Origin: Methanocalculus sp.
GTDB lineage: Archaea > Halobacteriota > Methanomicrobia > Methanomicrobiales > Methanocorpusculaceae
DNA: 11,643 nt
Assembly (NCBI RefSeq): GCF_029762515.1
Contig: NZ_JARVGN010000017.1
Span: 1-11,643, forward strand
Direction of reading: 5' to 3'
Both the position numbers and the translations under genes were made by a program. The notes under the pieces were generated by a model that worked only from the letters and a program-made list of their open reading frames with translations, had not been told where the DNA came from and did not search any database. Shown in pieces: positions 6,053 to 11,643 of this stretch (within the stretch, counting starts at the first letter, position 1; each line of letters starts with the position of its first letter).

Positions 6053-7234
6053 ATGAACGTGGATCTCAGTGGGTTTCTGACGAAAGAACTGAAGAAAACA
6101 ATACGGGAATATCGAGCAGCATGTTCTGAAAATGATTCCCGCATAGTCCGGGAGAAAGCCCATATCTGTGCGATTCTGAGTCAAAAATTAGCTGAGCAGT
6201 CGCCATCATTTCGGAATAAATACCTCTCAGATGCAAAAAAATGGGAATTTATTGCATCCGGAAAAAATCCGGTGTCCTTGGATATCAGTAATAGAGATCC
6301 CTCCCGACGACCAGAAACTCAGGATTCTGCGAATGAATCGGATCTGGATTTTGATGCAACGTCGTTGATATCATCATCATCGGTCAGGTGGGATGATATC
6401 GGTGGTCTGGATGAGGTTAAACGTCTGGTAAAGGAAACGGTAGTCATCGCGGGTCTTCGGAAACCTGCTGCAATCCAGCCATGGAAGGGAATTCTTCTCT
6501 TTGGCCCTCCAGGGACGGGAAAGACGATGATTGCAGCAGCGGCTGCAGGGAGTCTGCATGCGACTTTCTTTGATGTGAAAGCCGATCGTATTCTCTCAAA
6601 ATATTTTGGGGAGTCATCAAAGATCATTGCCTCTCTCTACGCATCAGCAAGGAAGCGGGCACCTTCGATTGTGTTTATTGATGAGTTTGATGCGCTCGGT
6701 TCAGCAAGAAGTGAAGGTACCGGCGAAGCAACACGAAAGCTGCTCTCTTCTCTTCTCACCGAACTTGATGGACTGCAAGACAAGAACGCTGATCGGCTTC
6801 TTCTCACTATGGCAGCCACCAATACTCCCTGGGATCTTGATCCGGCAGTTCTGTCTCGTTTTCCCCGGCGAATTTTTGTGACGCTTCCGGATGAGGCATC
6901 CTGTGCAGCAATCATCAGACTTCATCTGCGCGGTCTTGAAGTCGCTGATCTTGAAATTTCAGATCTTGGGAGGAGGTGTGTGGAACAGGGGTATTCAGGT
7001 AGAGATATTCAGAACCTCTGCCAGCAAGCGATCTGGGCCATGATCCACGAGGAAAATCCACAACTGGAGAAGCTCGCAGATCTCACGTTTGATGAGTTGA
7101 GTGAACAAGTGCTGAAGACAAGAGGTCTGTTTGCCGGTGATTTTACGGAGGCATTTGAGATTGTGCGTTCGCCAGTGCGCGAGGCCGACCTGGACCGGTA
7201 TAGGCAATGGAGTGAGGAGTATGGGGGGATGTGA
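6053..7234 (+). CDS. Vps4/CdvC-like (katanin/spastin 'meiotic' clade) AAA+ ATPase with helical MIT-like N-terminal domain, 393 aa
   Basis: The Walker A motif is GPPGTGKT, preceded by PWKGILLF, the PW-x-G-ILL signature of this clade. The Walker B motif is IVFIDEFD. The second region of homology, TNTPWDLDPAVLSRFPRRIFVTLPD, aligns closely with Vps4 [25 protein letters not shown]. The C-terminus YRQWSEEYGG resembles the Vps4, katanin and spastin C-terminal W..E(F/Y)G. The N-terminal ~70 aa is an all-helical region, consistent with an MIT three-helix bundle. The RBS AGGGG lies 5 nt upstream. The gene is spaced 8 nt after the previous gene. Confidence 0.9.
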   Translation: MNVDLSGFLTKELKKTIREYRAACSENDSRIVREKAHICAILSQKLAEQSPSFRNKYLSDAKKWEFIASGKNPVSLDISNRDPSRRPETQDSANESDLDFDATSLISSSSVRWDDIGGLDEVKRLVKETVVIAGLRKPAAIQPWKGILLFGPPGTGKTMIAAAAAGSLHATFFDVKADRILSKYFGESSKIIASLYASARKRAPSIVFIDEFDALGSARSEGTGEATRKLLSSLLTELDGLQDKNADRLLLTMAATNTPWDLDPAVLSRFPRRIFVTLPDEASCAAIIRLHLRGLEVADLEISDLGRRCVEQGYSGRDIQNLCQQAIWAMIHEENPQLEKLADLTFDELSEQVLKTRGLFAGDFTEAFEIVRSPVREADLDRYRQWSEEYGGM

Positions 7235-7341
7235 CCTGAACCAATATCATGGACTTACATGTACTTTCCGTCAGTTTGTTACAGCAAAAAAATGTGTTAA
7301 ACATCTCCGCTTAATCATAAATTTCAGGAGTAGAGCGGTCG

Positions 7342-7515
7342 GTGAAGGTGCGGGGCGCCAGATCTGCCTCGTGGGTGGTGGGCAACCTGCTCTGGGTGGC
7401 CTTCGGCGTGGCGGAGCGGAACGTGTACGTGACTGCATTATTTGCCTTTTACTGGGTGACAGCGGTGGTGGGATTGCGGAATAATTGGGGTGGATACGAA
7501 GCAAATATTGAATGA
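7342..7515 (+). CDS. Small hydrophobic ORF (57 aa from GTG 7342: VKVRGARSASWVVGNLLWVAFGVAERNVYVTALFAFYWVTAVVGLRNNWGGYEANIE), putative 2-TM hairpin mini-protein or a remnant of a membrane-protein gene, inside a ~62% GC island
   Basis: It is absent from the ORF track because it is shorter than 60 aa. The frame opens after TAA 7318-7320 and closes at TGA 7513-7515. There are only GTG starts (7342, 7348), with AGGAG 11 nt upstream of 7342. It has two hydrophobic stretches separated by ERN. Its GC content is well above the flanks. The overlapping track ORFs 7131-7484(+) and 7271-7504(-) translate to low-complexity R/P/G-rich junk. Confidence 0.3.
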   Translation: MKVRGARSASWVVGNLLWVAFGVAERNVYVTALFAFYWVTAVVGLRNNWGGYEANIE

Positions 7516-7546
7516 ATAATTTGGAGGAGAAAGGTATTGTGAGAAT

Positions 7547-8251
7547 TTAAATTTTTGAATTCATCCATTTCCGTACAATTGTCTTTACAAGATTTTGTGC
7601 ATCATGAAGTTCCATCGGGTTTTCAGGTTTCTGAAATTTTTTTCGAGCATGTCGGGCCTCTTTTCCAATTGCGTCGTAACTCTGGGCTGTTTGTTTGAAT
7701 CGCCCAATCTCGCTATAAAATTCTCCATTTTTCTTCACAGGTGCATAACCGTCTTCCTGGACTAATTCAATAATATTATAGAGCACACCAAATGAGTTGA
7801 AATCGTGGTCTATGAGTTCATTAACTCGCTGGACTCTCTCATCTGTTTGTGCGAGCCGAATTAATTTGATAATTTTGTTATCTGGTGGAGATTCAACAGT
7901 AGTTCCATCTTTTTTTGTAACGGTCACTTGGACTCGTGCGCGTATATGAATTGAAGCGGTTAAAGGTTCAAGAAAAATTGTCTTTTTACCGTCTTCATCA
8001 ATGAATTGAATTCCTCCTCGTTTTATCAAATCCGACGAATTGAAAAGTAGTTTTCTTGCTGCATTGATATTGATCAACAATTCATCGGCTTTTGCCTTGA
8101 CAGATTTATGATCGGAAGAATTCTCCAATGATGTAAATTCAAGTAGATATTTTTCACCTTCATTGAGAACACGAAAGTCAGTTGACTGGAGAATTTCACT
8201 CAATTCTGCTAGATCATTCGCATCTCCGTGAAGATCAACCTGCCACTTCAT
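7547..8251 (-). CDS. Hypothetical protein (234 aa), last gene of the Type I R-M operon (24 nt after the hsdS stop), AT-rich; function unknown
   Basis: This is a clean ORF with AGGT 8 nt upstream of the ATG at 8251, co-directional with hsdS and closely spaced to it. I recognise no known motifs in the protein, which is a mixed alpha/beta, Lys-rich sequence. Confidence 0.65.
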   Translation of the reverse strand: MKWQVDLHGDANDLAELSEILQSTDFRVLNEGEKYLLEFTSLENSSDHKSVKAKADELLININAARKLLFNSSDLIKRGGIQFIDEDGKKTIFLEPLTASIHIRARVQVTVTKKDGTTVESPPDNKIIKLIRLAQTDERVQRVNELIDHDFNSFGVLYNIIELVQEDGYAPVKKNGEFYSEIGRFKQTAQSYDAIGKEARHARKKFQKPENPMELHDAQNLVKTIVRKWMNSKI

Positions 8252-8275
8252 TTCTGTTTACCTTTGTTCTTTTCT

Positions 8276-9799
8276 TCATTTTTTTGCCTTTATTCGCTCA
8301 AGCAGCACACTTGCTGGTTCATACTCCCGTTCCTCCCGCCGGGCCAGTTCTGCCTCGGTGGACACCAGCTGTCCGGAAAATGCCTGGGCGAGGATGGACT
8401 GCCGGAGTGTTTCGGTGCGTTCTTTAGCAGCGGTGATGCGGGCCTCGATCTGATCGGCGAGGGCGAATAGAGCGTCGGCCCGGTGGACAATTTCATCCTG
8501 TTCGGAAAGCGGAGGGAGGGGGATTGGTAAAGATTTGATATTACTCAAATTTAACCTGGCTCGACCCACACCGTGAATCGATTCTACCATTCTCTTCCTT
8601 GTTGATTCAGTATTGATCGCGAAGATGACGTATTTATTATTAGCAATTTCTTGATGCGGATTGAGTCTAATGCAATCAGCTTTAACAATTGCGGGTCCGA
8701 AATCATCTGGGATTTGACAAGCCCGAGGGATTGGGTCACCTAGTGTTCCAATAACAAGATCCTTTGGAAAAACTTGATGTTTTTTTAATTTTGTGAAATG
8801 ATCTGTTGAGATATGCGATTTCACATCGATGAAATTACCATCGCCTAAGTTTTGTAATCGTATGACTCTTGGACCGGAATCAGTATAATGCTCAGTTTTC
8901 AGATTCGATCCAAAAGGACCGTCTGTTATTGAATTTGCTTCGATACCAGATACCTGATCTATACTAGCCCAAGTCCATTTATCTGAAACAATTGGTAAAT
9001 CACTGATTTCTATTCCTTTTGGTTCACGATATTTTTCTTTCCACTTCGAATTTTTCGGAGTTTTTCCTTTATCTTGGAAAGTCTGTATTTGTTCTCTTTC
9101 CCAAGCCATTCGTTTTTGATTTAAGATATTTCCCACAGCCTCTTTTGCATCTGTAATGTCCGGATTCTCCGACCGCCAGTCCTCCGTCAGCCGCCCTTCG
9201 CACGCAGCGGCGAGCACCGCCTGCCTGAACTGCTGCACGATGCCCGGCACCCTGTCAAGGCGGGCCTGTGCGGCGTCCAGCCGGGCGAACAACGCCTCTA
9301 TGGCAGCTACGATGCGGTGCTGTTCGGCGAGAGGGGGGAGGGGGATTTTCAACTCTTTTAATTTTGTTGCATTACAATTTGGCTGAGCAATTCCTGAAAT
9401 ATTCTGAGAAATTTGGGTCCAATATTCGGATGTGCTAAAAAATAGACTCATGAATTTTTGATTGACATTTCTGTTTGGTCTAAGCCGAATGAGATACGAG
9501 GCAAAAATGCTATCTGGGCAGGAAGATATCAGATAGCTCTTGCCTGTAGTTGCACCAGTTCGTGCAAAAACAATGTCTCCAGACTCCAATTTATATTTGG
9601 AAATTTGTTCTTCCTTGATGCTGCAAAACGGAACATCATTCCAATCAACAAAATCATTCTGGATATCTGTAATTCGCAAAAAATGAGGTCCAACTTTATT
9701 TTTATCAGCTGAAGCCGTATATCCGTATTTTATTTCATCGGAGATATCGTTAATAGTTGATTGAATCCAACCTTCTGGCAACTCACTATTCTGCGGCAT
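8276..9799 (-). CDS. hsdS: Type I restriction-modification specificity subunit HsdS, copy 1 (507 aa), with two TRDs
   Basis: The N-terminus has MPQNSELPEGW, the canonical LPEGW HsdS start. The central conserved region is LPPLAEQHRIVAAIEALFARLDAAQARLDRV... The C-terminal conserved region is LPPLSEQDEIVHRADALFALADQIEARI...LLERIKAKK. The two conserved regions show the internal repeat structure typical of HsdS, flanking two variable TRDs of about 150 and 210 aa. Confidence 0.9.
   Translation of the reverse strand: MPQNSELPEGWIQSTINDISDEIKYGYTASADKNKVGPHFLRITDIQNDFVDWNDVPFCSIKEEQISKYKLESGDIVFARTGATTGKSYLISSCPDSIFASYLIRLRPNRNVNQKFMSLFFSTSEYWTQISQNISGIAQPNCNATKLKELKIPLPPLAEQHRIVAAIEALFARLDAAQARLDRVPGIVQQFRQAVLAAACEGRLTEDWRSENPDITDAKEAVGNILNQKRMAWEREQIQTFQDKGKTPKNSKWKEKYREPKGIEISDLPIVSDKWTWASIDQVSGIEANSITDGPFGSNLKTEHYTDSGPRVIRLQNLGDGNFIDVKSHISTDHFTKLKKHQVFPKDLVIGTLGDPIPRACQIPDDFGPAIVKADCIRLNPHQEIANNKYVIFAINTESTRKRMVESIHGVGRARLNLSNIKSLPIPLPPLSEQDEIVHRADALFALADQIEARITAAKERTETLRQSILAQAFSGQLVSTEAELARREEREYEPASVLLERIKAKK
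8279..8527. repeat. HsdS C-terminal conserved block, copy 1; direct repeat of 9854-10102 (~85-90% nt identity by eye, identical runs up to 37 nt)
   Basis: The identical runs include GAGGATGGACTGCCGGAGTGTTTCGGTGCGTTCTTT and AGAGCGTCGGCCCGGTGGACAATTTCATCCTGTTCGG. The block is GC-rich (~60%). Confidence 0.85.
9164..9349. repeat. HsdS central conserved block, copy 1; direct repeat of 10670-10855 (~90% nt identity by eye)
   Basis: Shared runs include ATGCGGTGCTGTTCGGCGAGAGGGGGGAG, GCGTCCAGCCGGGCGAACA and GATGCCCGGCACCCT. The block is GC-rich. Confidence 0.85.
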
Positions 9800-9850
9800 T
9801 TTTTTATCTCTTGTTTTTCGATCACTATGGGTAATCTGTTAAAATTTTTC

Positions 9851-11245
9851 TTAAATAGAAGATTTAATACGCTCCAGCAGCACTAGTGCTGGTTCATATT
9901 CTCGCCTCTCCCGCTGGGCCAGCTCCGCCTCGGTAGGCACCAGCTGCCCGGAAAATGCCTGGGTGAGGATGGACTGCCGGAGTGTTTCGGTGCGTTCTTT
10001 GGCGGTGGCGACGCGGGCCTCGATCTGGTCTGCGAGGGCGAAGAGAGCGTCGGCCCGGTGGACAATTTCATCCTGTTCGGGGATAGGTGGAAGGGGGATT
10101 GCAATCGACTTTAAAATAGTACCATTTATTCCTGGACGAGTTTGTCCTCGAATTTGATTTTGAATTTGTTGCTGAACAGGAATTGCTCCTCTCAGTGTTT
10201 GAAATAAATAATGGGGAGATACTAAATCTTGATTCGAAGTAATGCGATAGACATGCTTGGTGATAATTGCGGTCTCACAATTTTCGGGAAAGACGCAACA
10301 TCTGCCAATTGTTGCCATGACAGTGATTAACAAATCCAGGGGCCTTGCAGTGTATTTTCTTAATTCTTCATATTTTTCCGGACTTATTCGGTGTTCTTTT
10401 CCATAGGAAAAAAATCCGTTCTGTACATTATCAATTCCAATTGCTAAAATCCCAGAATCTTGAAACTCTGAATGAAGTAGATTGCTGCCAAAAGGGCCAC
10501 TTTGGATAGAACGAGCCTCTGGTGAGGCCAGTTGCTCTATGGTTGCCCAACACCATTTATCGGGTATATCATTTAAACCAGAAGTATCGGGCGTTTGGAT
10601 TTTCTTTTTTCCGGACGATAGCGTATTAAGTGTTATTTCAAGGTATTTTCGTGAATTCTCTATATTCGGATGTTCCGCCCGCCAATCCTCCGTCAGCCGC
10701 CCATCGCACGCAGCAGCGAGCACCGCCTGCCGGAACTGCTGTAGGATGCCCGGCACCCTATCAAGGCGGGCTTGTGCAGCGTCCAGCCGGGCGAACAGCG
10801 CCTCGATGGCGGTGACTATGCGGTGCTGTTCGGCGAGAGGGGGGAGTGGTATTGTCAAGGCTTTGACAATCTTTTGAGTTATAAGAGGTTGCGAGCTCCC
10901 AGTCTGGATACTAATCCAATCTACGGTCTGAAAATACCTGATTAACCAATTGAACAAATCTTGAGAATTGGGTTTTATAACTAAAGTGTTGTCAGTAACC
11001 CAGGCATTTTTTTTGTATACTGTAAGTGCTCCCGCTGCGCCAACTCTACCGAGGGTAATAATTGGTGATGTGAAATTATAGCTATCAGTATAGCCTATGG
11101 GCCCTCCTGCCCCTGCAACAGGGTAAGGCTGATCTGGAATTTTACTATAGTCTTCCCTTTTTATGTACTTTCCACTGGCAATTGAGATGAGAGAGCCCAA
11201 ATCTGAAGTCTCCCACCCCTCCGGCAGCTCACTCTTCTGTTGCAT
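9851..11245 (-). CDS. hsdS: Type I restriction-modification specificity subunit HsdS, copy 2 (464 aa), with two different TRDs
   Basis: It starts MQQKSELPEGWE. Its central block (LPPLAEQHRIVTAIEALFARLDAAQARLDRV...) and C-terminal block (...EQDEIVHRADALFALADQIEARV...LLERIKSSI) are near-identical to copy 1, whereas the two TRDs are unrelated to those of copy 1. The start overlaps the hsdM stop by 17 nt. Confidence 0.9.
   Translation of the reverse strand: MQQKSELPEGWETSDLGSLISIASGKYIKREDYSKIPDQPYPVAGAGGPIGYTDSYNFTSPIITLGRVGAAGALTVYKKNAWVTDNTLVIKPNSQDLFNWLIRYFQTVDWISIQTGSSQPLITQKIVKALTIPLPPLAEQHRIVTAIEALFARLDAAQARLDRVPGILQQFRQAVLAAACDGRLTEDWRAEHPNIENSRKYLEITLNTLSSGKKKIQTPDTSGLNDIPDKWCWATIEQLASPEARSIQSGPFGSNLLHSEFQDSGILAIGIDNVQNGFFSYGKEHRISPEKYEELRKYTARPLDLLITVMATIGRCCVFPENCETAIITKHVYRITSNQDLVSPHYLFQTLRGAIPVQQQIQNQIRGQTRPGINGTILKSIAIPLPPIPEQDEIVHRADALFALADQIEARVATAKERTETLRQSILTQAFSGQLVPTEAELAQRERREYEPALVLLERIKSSI
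9854..10102. repeat. HsdS C-terminal conserved block, copy 2 (direct repeat of 8279-8527)
   Basis: See the partner block 8279-8527. Both copies lie in the same orientation on the minus strand. Confidence 0.85.
10670..10855. repeat. HsdS central conserved block, copy 2 (direct repeat of 9164-9349)
   Basis: See the partner block 9164-9349. Confidence 0.85.
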
Positions 11246-11643
11246 ACCCGTTCCCCATCAGGTCGAGAATCGCCTGTAGTTCGTCGACCGCGGCCTCGAG
11301 TTCGTCGATGGCCTCGGCAGCGAGTTCCTCCGGAAGTGGCAGGTCCTCGCTGGACTCCAGCGACTCGTCGCGCAGCCACTTCAGCGAGTCGATCTTGTAG
11401 TCTCGCTCCTGCAGCTCGGTGATATGGAACGAGCGCCAGCGGTCGGCGGGGGAGTCAGCGGCATTGCGCTTTGCCCGGGCGTTGGGGTCGGGGCCGTAGC
11501 AGTGCTCGAACTCGGCGAAATGCTCCGGGGTGAGGGGGCGGTCCTTCTTGGTGATCTTGGGCACGTTGGTGCGGGCGTCGTAGACCCAGGTGTGCTCGGT
11601 GGGCGCGCCCCTGGTGAAGAAAATCACGTTCGTCTTGGTGCCC
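11229..11643 (-). CDS. hsdM: Type I R-M methyltransferase subunit HsdM, C-terminal ~138 codons (5' end lies beyond the window edge)
   Basis: The frame is open to the window end (...GTKTNVIFFTRGAPTEHTWVYDART...), and the track 'start' at 11627 is a GTG inside the gene. NVIFFTKG...VWFYD is the conserved C-terminal core of HsdM, followed by the acidic helical tail that contacts HsdS. GC is about 65%. Confidence 0.85.
   Translation of the reverse strand, partial: GTKTNVIFFTRGAPTEHTWVYDARTNVPKITKKDRPLTPEHFAEFEHCYGPDPNARAKRNAADSPADRWRSFHITELQERDYKIDSLKWLRDESLESSEDLPLPEELAAEAIDELEAAVDELQAILDLMGNGYATEE

Noticed and set aside
3581-6184. Track ORFs 3581-3859(-), 3737-3961(+), 3997-4227(-), 4701-5153(-), 4735-5106(+), 5255-5665(-), 5469-5963(-), 5951-6184(-)
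   Set aside because: They are embedded in the 188-aa ORF or the TPR/HEAT gene on the opposite strand or frame. The TPR/HEAT gene has clear repeat signatures in its own frame, so these are shadow ORFs.
6319-7207. Track ORFs 6319-6627(-), 6377-6559(-), 6606-6881(+), 6637-6915(-), 6701-6925(-), 6995-7207(-)
   Set aside because: They lie inside the Vps4-like AAA gene, whose frame contains Walker A/B, SRH and C-terminal motifs, so they are shadow ORFs.
7131-7504. Track ORFs 7131-7484(+) (117 aa) and 7271-7504(-) (77 aa) over the GC-rich island
   Set aside because: Their translations are R/P/G/C low-complexity, as expected for wrong frames of GC-rich DNA. The +2 frame (7342-7515) gives a coherent hydrophobic peptide instead, which is reported at low confidence.
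8182-10877. Recurring track ORFs inside hsdS conserved blocks: 8182-8427(+), 8228-8470(+), 8290-8496(-), 9156-9386(+), 9883-10104(-), 9963-10157(+), 10482-10877(+), 10630-10815(+); also 9458-9712(+)
   Set aside because: They reappear at equivalent positions in both hsdS copies only because the GC-rich conserved blocks are duplicated. Their translations are Pro/Arg/Ser/Ala-rich junk (for example PASPLLKNAPKHSGSPSSPRHFP in both copies). They are artefacts of the repeats, not genes.
8276-11245. Considered whether the hsdS pair is an invertible phase-variation shufflon
   Set aside because: Both hsdS genes and all four repeat blocks are in direct, not inverted, orientation. No site-specific recombinase or invertase gene is present in the window. 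Only homologous recombination, deletion or gene conversion between direct repeats is supported.
11161-11422. Track ORFs 11161-11379(-) and 11240-11422(+) in the hsdM region
   Set aside because: Their Arg-rich translations (RRTRGRGRRTTG...; RRPRPRVRRWPRQR...) are typical wrong-frame products of 65% GC coding DNA. The hsdM frame has the conserved NVIFFT(K/R)G...W.YD motif.
1-11643. Searched by eye for CRISPR repeats, tRNA or rRNA genes, transposase or integrase genes and IS inverted repeats
   Set aside because: There are no regularly spaced short direct repeats, no cloverleaf-like conserved tRNA sequence and no rRNA-like stretches. No ORF resembles a DDE or serine/tyrosine recombinase. The only repeats are the hsdS conserved blocks.

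Overview
The window looks like an accessory or defence region of a moderately GC (~45-50%) prokaryotic genome, probably archaeal and methanogen-like. The archaeal call rests on TATA-box-like promoters, a Vps4/CdvC-type AAA ATPase and PBS-lyase HEAT repeats, and is an inference. The left ~7.2 kb holds a divergently transcribed module around a TATA/dyad intergenic region (3474-3564). The leftward arm encodes two paralogous ~200-aa coiled-coil proteins of the ESCRT-III/PspA (Snf7/IM30) superfamily, then a flotillin-like SPFH/band-7 protein with an N-terminal double zinc ribbon and a C-terminal zinc ribbon. The rightward arm encodes a 188-aa unknown protein, a TPR+HEAT-repeat scaffold protein with overlapping stop/start, and a clear Vps4/katanin/spastin-clade AAA+ ATPase with a helical MIT-like N-terminus. 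Together these form a candidate ESCRT-like/PspA-like membrane-remodelling system of unusual composition. The right ~4.1 kb is a Type I restriction-modification locus on the minus strand. It contains the hsdM C-terminus (truncated by the window edge), two complete tandem hsdS genes and an unknown 234-aa ORF. The two hsdS genes share ~85-90% identical GC-rich conserved blocks but carry four different AT-rich target-recognition domains. A short GC-rich island with a small hydrophobic ORF lies between the two modules. No rRNA, tRNA, CRISPR array, transposase or integrase was recognised.
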